From an uncultured delta proteobacterium (GTDB taxonomy: Bacteria; Desulfobacterota; Binatia; UBA9968), in the NCBI GenBank assembly GCA_963745035.1, contig CAVUVW010000013.1, forward strand, positions 1,888,001 through 1,952,000: a DNA stretch of 64,000 nt, read 5' to 3'. Shown here piece by piece: positions 9,877 through 19,896 of the stretch (positions are counted from its first letter, which is position 1; every line of letters begins with the position of its first letter). The notes beneath the pieces were generated by a model. It saw only the letters and a program-made list of their open reading frames with translations. It made no database searches and was not told the origin of the DNA. Made by a program: the position numbers and the translations under genes.

Positions 9877-10605
9877 TTAAGGCAACTCCTCCAACAACCG
9901 GCTCGCGCCTTTTGTCGGATTCTTGATCCGCAGCTTTTTCTGCACATACCAAACCCGCGCCGCTACCGGATGAACCACGGGGACGCCTAAATCGTTTTCC
10001 ACGGCGACAATGTCCTTCACCTGCCAGGCGCCCGAGCCGAGCAGATAGATACCTTGCGCCTTTGGATGCTTATTGAACGATGATTTGAGGTGCTGGTAGA
10101 TCGTGTCGCTGGAAATTTTGTCGGCTTCGTACGGTGTTGTATCCATGCCTTCCATGCCCAGCACCTCGAAACCGGCATCGCTGAAGTAGCGAGCGAAAAG
10201 CCCATTGAGCTTCTCGTCGTTGAAATAAGTGCAGCCGACGAATTTCTTTATCCCCAACGCGCGCAGCGCCTCGGCTTGGGACATCCCGGAAGTGAAGATT
10301 GGGATCTTGTGCTTCGCTTCCCACTCGCCAACGATCTCCTGCTCGGCCTTGTGGCCGCGCACCATGAACGGTGGCCCGCCTTCGGGATGAATCAAATCGA
10401 CGCCGATCTCGGCAAGCTCGGCAACTTTGGCGTTATACGTTTCGAGCGCACCGAGATAACCGCGCTCGGAATGTTCTCTGATGCCGGCGTACATTGGAAT
10501 GCAGCCCACGCCCTCCGGTAAAAGTCGAATGAACTCGACCAAAGAGCCGGAGCCGTAGGTCGGCTTTACGACGCCGACTGTTCCACGCCATGTTCCTGAA
10601 GACAT
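9877..10605 (-). CDS. Maleate cis-trans isomerase / arylmalonate decarboxylase (Asp/Glu racemase superfamily) protein
   Basis: GVVKPT, EALRALG, FSDAGFEV and ENDLGVPVV family pattern; ATG 10605 after GAGGAGG. Confidence 0.7.
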   Translation of the reverse strand: MSSGTWRGTVGVVKPTYGSGSLVEFIRLLPEGVGCIPMYAGIREHSERGYLGALETYNAKVAELAEIGVDLIHPEGGPPFMVRGHKAEQEIVGEWEAKHKIPIFTSGMSQAEALRALGIKKFVGCTYFNDEKLNGLFARYFSDAGFEVLGMEGMDTTPYEADKISSDTIYQHLKSSFNKHPKAQGIYLLGSGAWQVKDIVAVENDLGVPVVHPVAARVWYVQKKLRIKNPTKGASRLLEELP

Positions 10606-10816
10606 AGGCAACCTCCTCACCGAATTTTGAACGCCACGCTTGTGCATGCTAATCGCTGCGAATCGCAAAAAACAAGAGCCGGGAAACATCTCAGAACACG
10701 TCCGTCTTTCATTCTCTATTCGCAGCTGCTTACGGTTCCACTCCAGTTGACGCGCACAAAAGCTAAATGATAAACCCACGCTGACAGATTCTGCGCGATT
10801 ATCGAAAGGACCTTGA

Positions 10817-11623
10817 ATGGCCAAGAACCCGACCGAAAACCTGACTCAACAATACGGCAACCTCGTGCCCACGGCGCGTCTCCTGGACGGCAAACCGCGC
10901 AGCATCTTGTTCGACGCAACCAAGTGCATCGGTTGCCGCCACTGTGTGCAGGCGTGCAAGGACTGGAACGAGCACGATCGCACGAGCCCCTACGAATTGT
11001 CTGCGACCAATTGGATCACCATGGAGCCGCCCGTGCTCGAAGGCATGGCGCCGCTCTGGGCGCGCAATAGCTGCATGCACTGCAGCTTTGCCGCCTGCGC
11101 CGCCGTTTGCCCGGTCGAAGCGATCACCAAATATGAAGAAGGCCCAGTCGTCATCAACAAAGATGTCTGCATCGGCTGCGAATACTGCATTCACGCCTGC
11201 CCGTGGGAAGTCATCACCAAAAACGAAATCACCGGCAAAGCCAGCAAGTGCACCATGTGCAGCGACCGCATCAGCGAGGACAAGCAGCCGTTTTGTGTTC
11301 AGGCCTGCCCAACCAATGCGCTCGATTTCGGTCTCTCGGAAGAAATCTCCGACAAAGCCAAGAAACAGGCCGAAGCCGTCGGTGGTTACACTTACGGCGA
11401 CAAGGAAGCAGGCGGCGGCAGCGTGGTCTATGTGCTCAAGGAAAGCAAAGAGAAATACGGCGTGCGCGCCATCGGCCTGGAGAAGTTTCCCAAGCACAAG
11501 ATTCCGCTCGGACTGATGCTCAAAGATCTCTTCACGCCGCGCTGCGGCGTCGCCGGAAAGATGCGGGCGCTCTGGCTGGCGATCATTCATCCGAAGCGGC
11601 TCATCTACCGATACTTTTCATAA
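10817..11623 (+). CDS. 4x[4Fe-4S] electron-transfer subunit (FdnH/DmsB/AorA-like)
   Basis: CIGCRHCVQAC, CMHCSFAACAAVC, CIGCEYCIHAC and CTMC..PFCVQAC. Confidence 0.9.
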   Translation: MAKNPTENLTQQYGNLVPTARLLDGKPRSILFDATKCIGCRHCVQACKDWNEHDRTSPYELSATNWITMEPPVLEGMAPLWARNSCMHCSFAACAAVCPVEAITKYEEGPVVINKDVCIGCEYCIHACPWEVITKNEITGKASKCTMCSDRISEDKQPFCVQACPTNALDFGLSEEISDKAKKQAEAVGGYTYGDKEAGGGSVVYVLKESKEKYGVRAIGLEKFPKHKIPLGLMLKDLFTPRCGVAGKMRALWLAIIHPKRLIYRYFS

Positions 11624-11667
11624 AGCGCTGACCGTCACACAATGGACAAGCTTCGACTTCTCTTTCC

Positions 11668-11759
11668 GTCATTCCCGCGGAGGCGAGAATACAGGCTTGC
11701 TCCATCCCTCTCCTGGATTCCGGCTCGCGCCAGCTTATACCCGCTTGGCCGGAACGGCG
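11668..11759. repeat. REP-like palindrome, copy 2 (degenerate)
   Basis: gtcattcccgcggaggcgagaatacagg...cctggattccggc...gccggaacggc, after the Fe-S gene. Confidence 0.6.
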
Positions 11760-11797
11760 TCCGTGGCACCGAGCCTCCTACTGCTACTTGCGTAAGA

Positions 11798-12781
11798 ATG
11801 CAGATCGCCATCCTCGTTGCCGTCATAATCCTTTCATTCGTGCGCACCAGTGACGCCGAAAAAATCCGCACGGCGATCCCCCAGGCCAACCTCAACTATC
11901 TTTCCATCCACGTCGCCGACGGGCGAGGTTTTTTCAAGGACGAAGGGCTCGACAACGAGACGGTCGTGATCTCCGGGCCGCTCGCCACCGCCGCGCTTCT
12001 GAGCGGCGACGTCGACTTCAGCGGCGGCGGGGGCAGCGGCATGCGCGCCGCGCTCAAAGGCGCGCCGGTGAAAGGCATCTATTTTCAGACCGAAAAAGTA
12101 ACCTTCTACTTGGTCGCCGATCCGAGCATCAAGTCAGCGGCGGACTTGAAGGGCAAGCGAATCGCCGTCGGTAGCCCCGGCGATACTCAGGATCGGATCA
12201 TGGCGATGTTTGCAGAGCGCGGCGGCGTATCGGGCAGAGAGCTGATCCGCATCTCCATGGGCTCGGATACCAACACCAGGATCACGGCGATAAAAACCGG
12301 TGCAGCCCATGCGGCTGTCGTCGATCCGGGCGGGCTTGTTTTCGCGCAGAAAGAAGGGCTGGTGTCGCTGGGCTTTCTCGGTGACCTGTTCCCGATGCCG
12401 TTTCAGGGATTCGTTACCGTGGACAAAAAGATCCGCGAGCACCCCGCGCAAATCAAGCGCTGGCTGCGAGGAGCGATTCGCGGCCTCATGTTCGTCCGCG
12501 ACAGACCCGAAGAATCCGTCGATATCGGCATGAAAAAACTGCAACTCGGCAAAGCGACGCGGGCCATGGTCTTGGAAGGGACGAAAAATTACGTGCGCGC
12601 TTTGCCGCAAGGCGTACCGGGGCTTCCGACCGCGGAAGGCATCAAGAATTTCCTCGAATACGACATCAAGATCCCGATGCAGATCAAGGACGATATCCCA
12701 CCGGAACGCTTGCTGCATCTTCAACTGGTCGAGGAAGTAAGAAAAGAATTGGAAGCGGCACAAAGGAGAACGACAAAATGA
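11798..12781 (+). CDS. ABC transporter substrate-binding protein, NitT/TauT/SsuA family
   Basis: Signal peptide MQIAILVAVIILSF; GFFKDEGLD, ALLSGDVD and DLKGKRIAV. Confidence 0.85.
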   Translation: MQIAILVAVIILSFVRTSDAEKIRTAIPQANLNYLSIHVADGRGFFKDEGLDNETVVISGPLATAALLSGDVDFSGGGGSGMRAALKGAPVKGIYFQTEKVTFYLVADPSIKSAADLKGKRIAVGSPGDTQDRIMAMFAERGGVSGRELIRISMGSDTNTRITAIKTGAAHAAVVDPGGLVFAQKEGLVSLGFLGDLFPMPFQGFVTVDKKIREHPAQIKRWLRGAIRGLMFVRDRPEESVDIGMKKLQLGKATRAMVLEGTKNYVRALPQGVPGLPTAEGIKNFLEYDIKIPMQIKDDIPPERLLHLQLVEEVRKELEAAQRRTTK

Positions 12782-13506
12782 CTTCGGAAACAGATTTGCG
12801 CGAACAGCTCGCCACGTGCACGCGCATTTTCGCCATGCAGGGAATGATCGGCGTATTCGGCCACGTGAGCGCATACCAGCCCGAGACGAAAACGGTTTTC
12901 ATCACGCCTGGCATGGGCTCCGACAAAAGCACTCTGCAGCCCCAGGACATGGTGCCGACCGATCTCGATGGCAAGCCGCGAGCAGGCAAGGAAGGGCCGC
13001 CGGTGGAATGGCCGATTCACACGGCCATCCATGGCGCGCGCGCCGACGCGCTGGCCGTCGCCCACTTGCACACGCCCTACGCAACGCTGTTCACGATTGC
13101 CAAGCGTAAGTTTCAACCGGTTACGCTCCAGGGAGCGATCTTCGCCGACGGCGTGCCGCTTTATCCGGAAGCGCAGTTGATCACCAACCCGGCCCGCGGC
13201 GAGGCGCTGTTGAAAGTCATGGTTGACAAGCGTGTAGTGCTTTTGCGCGGCCACGGCATCGTGGTCGCCGGGAGAAATCTTCAGGAAGTGCTTTACAGCG
13301 CGCTCGTTCTGGAAGACGACGCCAAGAAATCATGGCAAGCAGCCGCGCTTGGCGAAGTCGGCACCCTAAGTGAAGAGGAATGCCGTGCCTTCGGCGCAGA
13401 GATCGCGCTCGAGCGCCGCGCTCAAAGAGCGTGGAATTATTTTTGTAGCCTAGAAAAGCGTTGGGATCACCAACCCTCGACGGGCAGGAGTGAACTGTTT
13501 CCGTAA
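12778..13506 (+). CDS. Class II aldolase/adducin family protein
   Basis: GHVSA, EWPIHTAIH, HLHTPY and LLRGHG metal-binding motifs. Confidence 0.9.
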   Translation: MTSETDLREQLATCTRIFAMQGMIGVFGHVSAYQPETKTVFITPGMGSDKSTLQPQDMVPTDLDGKPRAGKEGPPVEWPIHTAIHGARADALAVAHLHTPYATLFTIAKRKFQPVTLQGAIFADGVPLYPEAQLITNPARGEALLKVMVDKRVVLLRGHGIVVAGRNLQEVLYSALVLEDDAKKSWQAAALGEVGTLSEEECRAFGAEIALERRAQRAWNYFCSLEKRWDHQPSTGRSELFP

Positions 13507-13518
13507 CTCAGATGATCA

Positions 13519-13593
13519 CGTTCCAATCGTTCAAGCCGTTTTGAACCTCCGGAACGGTTTGAACGGCTTGAACTTTTTGAACGTTTTGAACGG
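13519..13593. repeat. Palindromic 9-nt-unit element, copy 2
   Basis: cgttccaat cgttcaagc cgtt ... ttgaacggc ttgaacttt ttgaacgtt ttgaacgg. Confidence 0.75.
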
Positions 13594-13611
13594 GTTCGTA
13601 AGGAGAAAACC

Positions 13612-14667
13612 ATGAGCGAAAACGTCCGACTATACGGAGGCACACAGCACGGTTTGATCACGTGGCGCTCGACGAATAGCGGCTGGCAGGAGGTTGCCCG
13701 CCATTTCGAAGACGGCATCATCGACTCCATCCATGGCTGCAAAGAATCGCCGGAGCGGGTCTTCGTCGGTGTGACGCATGACGGGCTGTATCGCACGAGC
13801 GACGGCGGTATTAGTTGGGCAAAAGTGCTCGACGGCGACATCCGCTCGGTGACCGTCGATCCGACGAACGACAACGTTATCTATTCGGGAATAGAGCCGG
13901 TTGGGCTCTTTCGCAGCGAGGATGGCGGGGATAGCTGGCAAGAGATCACCGAGCTTAAAGCGCTTCCCCAATCCGTGCGTAAAAACTGGTGGTACCCACA
14001 AGCGCCGCATCACGGCCATGTACGCAATATTCACGTTCATCCCGATGATCCCAACACGCTCTATCTCTGCCTCGAACACGGCGGCATCGTGCGCAGCTTT
14101 GACCGCGGCAAAAGTTGGGAGGACGTCAGCAAGGGCATCGACTATCTCGATATTCATGTCATTGCGAATTTACCCAAGCGCAAGGATCGCTATTATGTCG
14201 CCAGCGCCCGTGGCTTTTTCACCAGCGACAAGCCGGAAGATGGCTGGGTGCGCGCGGAGAACGGTCTCACGCGCGACTACTTTCACGACTTTCTTTTCTT
14301 GCCGCCGGAGCGCGAAGGCGATCAGCCGATTATGCTCGTCGCGACCGCCGATGCTTCGCCCGGTTTTTGGCGCCGGGAAAACCGTGGCGCGCGCGCGGCG
14401 ATGTTCAAGAGCGCCGACGGCGCGCGATCGTGGACGCGCATTACGAACGGCTTGGAGGACGATCTCGATTCCATGATCTGGGCGTTGGTCCACCACCCGA
14501 CGGATCATCGCGCGCTATTTGCGGGTTTCGGCAACGTCGCGCGCGGCCATGCATCAGGAGCCGGCGGCTCCGGCGATCTGATGATCAGCCGCGACCGGGG
14601 CGAAAGCTGGGAAAGATTGGATATCGATCTGCCTGCCGATCGCGTACTCTGGGCGGCGGCGGACTAA
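13612..14667 (+). CDS. BNR/Asp-box repeat beta-propeller protein (sialidase/glycosyl hydrolase-like fold)
   Basis: Repeated SxDGGxSW motifs (TSDGGISW, SEDGGDSW, SFDRGKSW, SADGARSW, SRDRGESW). Confidence 0.85.
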   Translation: MSENVRLYGGTQHGLITWRSTNSGWQEVARHFEDGIIDSIHGCKESPERVFVGVTHDGLYRTSDGGISWAKVLDGDIRSVTVDPTNDNVIYSGIEPVGLFRSEDGGDSWQEITELKALPQSVRKNWWYPQAPHHGHVRNIHVHPDDPNTLYLCLEHGGIVRSFDRGKSWEDVSKGIDYLDIHVIANLPKRKDRYYVASARGFFTSDKPEDGWVRAENGLTRDYFHDFLFLPPEREGDQPIMLVATADASPGFWRRENRGARAAMFKSADGARSWTRITNGLEDDLDSMIWALVHHPTDHRALFAGFGNVARGHASGAGGSGDLMISRDRGESWERLDIDLPADRVLWAAAD

Positions 14668-14685
14668 TTAGGCGCTACGCGCTTC

Positions 14686-14767
14686 TGTTCAAGCCGTTCA
14701 AACAGTTCAAATCCTTAAAAACGTTTTGAATTTCCGCAACGGCTTGAACGTTTTGAACGACTTGAAA
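14686..14767. repeat. Palindromic 9-nt-unit element, copy 3
   Basis: tgttcaagc cgttcaaac agttcaaat ... gcttgaacg ttttgaacg acttgaaag. Confidence 0.75.
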
Positions 14768-14789
14768 GAAAAATGAGTGGAGCAGATGG

Positions 14790-16704
14790 ATGGCGACAAT
14801 AGATTCTGACTACGGCAATTTCTTCCCGATTCAAAGAAAGACCCGGCTCCCCGGCGGTTACATGGGCAAGATCCTGCGCGTTGACATGACGACGGGAAAA
14901 CTCACGGATTTGAATCTTCCCGAAGAGCCGCAGCTGCGGAAATTTTGGGGCGGCCAGCTTTTTGCCGAGTACGTGCTGCTGAATGAGCTGCCGCTCGATG
15001 TCGATCCCTATGACGCCAAGAATGTCATCGTTGGAATGACGGGCCCGGTCACAGGAACCGGTTTTACCCCCGGCGGGACCAAGATGTGTTTCGTCTATCT
15101 GAGCCCTGCTACTTACCGCACCCTCGGCCGCGGCGCCACGAGCGGCTACTTGGGCACGTCGTTCAAAGCCGCCGGCTATGACGGCGTGATCGTGACCGGC
15201 GCCGCGTCGTCACCGAAATATCTTTACATCGGCGAAGACAAAGTCGAACTGCGCGACGCGAGCAATGTTTGGGGCAAGGGCATCAGAGACACCGAAGAGG
15301 CGCTGCGCAAGGAATCGGGCCACCAGGATGCGCGTATCGGCTGCATCGGCCCCGCCGGCGAAAATTTGATTCGCGCGGCGATGCTGGTCAACGATTACAA
15401 TCACACCGCCGCCCACGGTCTTGGGCGCGGTGATGGGATCGAAGAAACTCAAAGCTTTCGTCGCCTGGGGCACCAAGCGTCCGCGGCTGCACGACAAAAC
15501 CCGGCTGATCGACGCCGGCGTGCGCTGGACGAAAGCCATCGCATCGCGAAAAACCACCGTGAAGAAACGGCTGACGAGCGTCGGTCATGGCGAGGACTGG
15601 GGCGCGATCACGAAGCTCAACTGGCGCAGCACGATCATCACCGACGAAGCGAAAGGCCTGGACCAGAACCGTGTAACCCTTCGACCCTGCTTCCAGTGCC
15701 CGCGCATGTGCCCATGGGACGTGGAGATCGGCGAAGGACAGTTCAAGGGAAAGATCGGCCATTTCAACGCCGGCAGCGAGTGGATGGACACGTTTTACAA
15801 TTTGGGATTCAAAGGCAACGACGTTCTTTATCTTTCCGAGCGCATCAACGATCTCGGCATAGAATGCAGCCACTACGCCTGCGGCGCGGGCTTGGCGTTC
15901 GAAGCCTGGGAAAAAGGCGTGCTCGGCCCCGATCGCACCGACGGACTCAAATTGGAATGGGGCAATCTCGAAGCCGTCGAAACTTTGCTGGAACGCTGCG
16001 CGCGGCGTGAAACCTGGCTCGGCAATATCCTCGCGGACGGCCCCAAAGAGCTCGCCGAAGAGCTCGGCGGCGAAGCAAAAAATTGGGTGGTGCACACGAA
16101 AGGCGGCACGCCGGCACAGCACGAGTGGCGTCCGTTGCTCAGCCAAATGCTCCGCGAACTGGTGGCAAGCGGCGGCATGAAACCGCAGGGAGCAGGCGGC
16201 ACGGAACCGCCGGCCGATTTGCGCTACCGTGAAAAATGGGGACCGCTCGATACCAAGCAGCCGGACGGCTGGACCCATTCGCATCTGATCACCGAGCAGG
16301 TTCGCCAGGCCTGCGGAATCATGGGTGCATGCTGGTTCGCGCTCAACGACAAACCGCCGGACGGCGTGCAGAGCATGCTCGACGCGCTCAATGCGACGAC
16401 GGGATGGGACGTGAGTTTGGATGAATTGGTCGATGCCGGTCACCGCGCGATCATTTTGCAAAGCCTCTTCGGCACCCAGCGCGGCTGGATCGCCGAGCAC
16501 GACTGGCAAGATGTCGGCCCGCGCTTCTTGGAGCCCATCCCGGACGGCAAATTCAAAGGGTTCACCATCGCGAAATGGCTGCCCGATTTAGTTTACGAGT
16601 ATTATCGGATCTCCGGCCGTCATGAAAAAACCGGCAGGCCGTACATGGACACGCTGCAAAAACTCGGGTTGGAAGAGTTCAAAGAGTGGAGCCAACTGGA
16701 CTGA
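14790..16704 (+). CDS. Aldehyde:ferredoxin oxidoreductase (AOR/WOR family) paralogue 2, one +1 frameshift (~15424)
   Basis: GGYMGKILRVDM, KAAGYDG, CIGPAGEN, (L)GAVMGSKKLKA and CFQCPRMC; the two ORFs join to ~637 aa. Confidence 0.87.
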
Positions 16705-16739
16705 GCCAAATTGCAGCGGGGAAATCAATTTCACTTGCA

Positions 16740-16806
16740 GTCGTTCCCGCGAAAGCGGGAACCCAGGCTTATTCCTAACCTAGACTCCCGCTTTCGCGGG
16801 AGTGAC
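16740..16806. repeat. REP-like palindrome, copy 3
   Basis: gtcgttcccgcgaaagcgggaacccagg...ctagactcccgctttcgcgggagtgac, after the AOR2 stop. Confidence 0.8.
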
Positions 16807-16822
16807 GATTCACGGAGCCGAC

Positions 16823-17819
16823 ATGATTCAACATAAATTCTTTCAGAGAGTTACTCTTATCTTAATTCTCGTTATATCGCTTTTCCTCATATCCCCGATC
16901 CACGCTCAAAGCCTCAAAAAAGTGCGCATGGGAAGCTCCTCGACCAACGTCTCTTTCCTGGCGCTCTACACGGCCTTTCACCGCGGCTTTTTCAAGGACG
17001 AGGGCATCGACCTGGAGATCATCTACATGCCCGCCAATCTCGCCAGCACCGCGGTATTGAACGGCGACGTGGACTATAACGGCGCGGTCACCGGAACCAT
17101 CGGCGCGGCCGTGCGCGGCCAGCCGATGAAAGTTCTGCTCTTTACCGTTGCAAAACCACTGCTTTTCCTGGTCAGTAAAAAAGACATCAAAGACATGAAA
17201 CAACTGCAGGGGAAAGAAAGTCGCGGGCAGCTCGCCCGGCGGGTCGGCCACACTGATTGCCGACAAAGTGCTGAAGCACTATGGCTTGGACCCGGCAAAG
17301 GATGTCTCGCTCTTGCCCATGGGCGGCGCCGCGGCGAGCCGTTACGCGGTGCTCGAAACCGGCGTTGTTGATGCGTCGTTTCTATCCGTGCCGGAAAACA
17401 TCATCGCCCTCGAAAAGGGCTTCAATGAGCTGGTCTTCGCGGGAGATGTTGTCGAGTTTCCGCAGAACGGCTTCGGCACATCCGAGAAGAAACTCAAGGA
17501 GAATCCGGATGAGGTTTATCGCATGGTGCGCGCGACTCTGCGCGGCTTGCAGTTTGTCTGGGATCCCAACAATCGCGACGCCGTGACCAACGTCATGATG
17601 AAGCAGTGGCGGGTGAATGATCGCAAGATGGCCGGGGAAATGTCGCGCCACGTAAATCGCGTGCTCACCAGGGACGCCTACGTAAAACCGGAATCGGTCC
17701 AGGTGCTCGTCGACCTCGCGCGCGAAAGCGCCAAGGTGACCAGGCCGGTCAGCGCCATGGATGTCGTCGACTACAGTTTCTTGGATAAGGCGAGGAAAGA
17801 GTTGGGAATGGTTCGATAG
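16823..17819 (+). CDS. ABC transporter substrate-binding protein, NitT/TauT family, one +1 frameshift (~17213)
   Basis: Signal peptide, GFFKDEGID and LNGDVDY. Removing one base in ggggaaag restores GKKVAGSSPGG and joins ORF 17268..17819. Confidence 0.8.
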
Positions 17820-17827
17820 TTCGGTGT

Positions 17828-18871
17828 TTAAAGCAGCGGATCGATAATGACTTTGATCGAATCCTGCCCGCTGGCGGTGAGCTGAAATCCCAACTCCGCC
17901 TGTGACAGCGGCAGCCTGTGGGTGACCATCTCGCCCACATTCACTTTGCGATCACGAATCAGTTCCAGCGATTCTCTCAAATCGTCGCCGCTGCCGGCGT
18001 AAGAAGTGATCACCGAAATTTCATCGCGCCAATAATCGAACAGCGGAATCGGCACATCGACGCCGGCCGCCGTCGGCGCGAAGAATAGCAAGGTGCCGCC
18101 GCGGTCGACCGACTTGGTCGCTTGCTGAATCGCCGGCATTGCTCCGGTGCAAACGATCACGACGTCCGCTGGTCGCCCTTTATTGAGATCGCGCACGCGC
18201 GCCGGCACATCCTCCGAGCCGTGCAGGGTCGCATGCGCGCCGAATCGAGCCGCCGCCTTCAGACGAAATTCGCTGATGTCGGTGGCGATGATGCGCGCCG
18301 CGCCCCGGGCGCGAGCAAGCTGAATGTGCAGCAAACCGGATATCCCGCTGCCGACTACAAGCACCGTTTGCCCAGGGCCGAGACCGGCAAAACGCTGCGC
18401 TCGGACTACGCAGGCGAGTGGCTCGATGAAGGAGCCTTCATCGAAGGTCACCGTATCAGGGATGCGCAAGGTCCCAAGCTCGACGTTAATCTTCGGCACG
18501 CGGATATACTCGGCAAATCCTCCGGGATCGAAGTGCGTCGTGCGCAGCAGATCGCATACAGACTGGTGCCCTTCCAGGCAGTAGCGGCACTTACCGCAAG
18601 GGACATGATGCGAGGAAAACACCCGATCGCCCACTTTGAATCCCTCAACCCCGTTCCCCACCACGACCACTTCACCCGTAATCTCATGGCCCAAAACAAG
18701 CGGCGCCTTTTTTATCCGGTACCACTCCATCAGATCGCTGCCGCAGATGCCGCTCGCGCGGGTGCGAATGAGTAGCTCTCCGGATCCGATACGCGGCACG
18801 GGCAGCTCTTCGAGCCGCACGTCACGATTATTGTAGTACATCGCCACGCGCATCTTTGCTTGGTCTTCCAT
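17828..18871 (-). CDS. Zinc-dependent (sorbitol/L-iditol-type) alcohol dehydrogenase
   Basis: GICGSD, GHE, CGKCRYC..C and GSGISG motifs. Confidence 0.9.
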   Translation of the reverse strand: MEDQAKMRVAMYYNNRDVRLEELPVPRIGSGELLIRTRASGICGSDLMEWYRIKKAPLVLGHEITGEVVVVGNGVEGFKVGDRVFSSHHVPCGKCRYCLEGHQSVCDLLRTTHFDPGGFAEYIRVPKINVELGTLRIPDTVTFDEGSFIEPLACVVRAQRFAGLGPGQTVLVVGSGISGLLHIQLARARGAARIIATDISEFRLKAAARFGAHATLHGSEDVPARVRDLNKGRPADVVIVCTGAMPAIQQATKSVDRGGTLLFFAPTAAGVDVPIPLFDYWRDEISVITSYAGSGDDLRESLELIRDRKVNVGEMVTHRLPLSQAELGFQLTASGQDSIKVIIDPLL

Positions 18872-18953
18872 CGCCGGGAATTGAACCTGAGAGCTTTCGC
18901 CGTAGAGAGCAGGTGTTCCCGTTCTCTACGGCTCCTTGCGCTATGAAAAGATA

Positions 18954-19757
18954 CTAGCTGGCCTTCCGCGCCTTGGAGTTCTTTTCGCTTTCGTAGATCT
19001 TGAAGGCCTCTTTCACAGAGACATTCTCATGCACGATCGCGCGCACCGCTTTGATCATGCCTACCGGTGAATCGGACTGGAAAATATTGCGGCCCATGTC
19101 TACGCCGACGGCGCCGCCCTTCACCGAGTTGTACGTCAATTCGAGGGCCTCCATTTCAGGAGTCTTTTTGCCGCCGGCAACGATCACCGGAATCGGGCAG
19201 CTCTCGATGAGCTGTTCGAAGTCTTCGCAATAGTAGGTCTTGACGATATGCGCTCCCATTTCAGCGGCGATGCGGCAGGACAGTCCGAGATAGCGCACGT
19301 CGCGCGCCATGTCTTTGCCTACGGCGGTTACGGCAAGCACGGGAATGCCGTATTTCTCGCCCTCATCGACGAGCTTCGCCAGGCTGACCAGAGTTTCTTT
19401 TTCGAACTCGGAGCCGACAAAGATCGACAGCGCCATGGCGGAAACGTTGAGACGAATGCAATCATCGATGGACACCGTGATGTCTTCGTTGGAAAGCTCC
19501 TTGAGAATGCTGGTGCCGCCCGAGACGCGAAGCACGACCGGTTTGTCGGCCTTGGCATCCACCGATGTTCGCAACACCCCGCGCGTGAGCATGATCGAAT
19601 CCGCATGCGGTATTAAGGGCTCGATGGTTTTTCGCGGCTCCTCCAGCCCGCTCGTGGGGCCGAGAAAGTAGCCGTGATCCACCGCCAGCATGACCGCACG
19701 GCCGTCGGACTTGATGATTCGCGCCAGCCGATTTGCCATTCCCCAATTCATGGACAT
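18954..19757 (-). CDS. lsrF: LsrF/DhnA-type class I aldolase (3-hydroxy-5-phosphonooxypentane-2,4-dione thiolase)
   Basis: WGMANRLARI, AVDHGYFLGPT, GAHIVKTYY, AGGKK and DMGRNIFQS are characteristic of LsrF. Confidence 0.85.
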   Translation of the reverse strand: MSMNWGMANRLARIIKSDGRAVMLAVDHGYFLGPTSGLEEPRKTIEPLIPHADSIMLTRGVLRTSVDAKADKPVVLRVSGGTSILKELSNEDITVSIDDCIRLNVSAMALSIFVGSEFEKETLVSLAKLVDEGEKYGIPVLAVTAVGKDMARDVRYLGLSCRIAAEMGAHIVKTYYCEDFEQLIESCPIPVIVAGGKKTPEMEALELTYNSVKGGAVGVDMGRNIFQSDSPVGMIKAVRAIVHENVSVKEAFKIYESEKNSKARKAS

Positions 19758-19896
19758 ATTGGACCTCCTCAATTGTAAGTCGAATTTCGTGAGAAGTTAT
19801 CAAAAATCCTGTCGATTGTTAACCTACACAAGGGGAAATGAAAGAACGCTGCGGCAATGCCGCATTGCCGCGTCGAAGAAGCATGGATGGGAAGAT

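Noticed and set aside
6721-14767. 9-nt repeat clusters as CRISPR arrays
   Set aside because: Units are 9 nt, contiguous and inverted, with no unique spacers and no cas genes.
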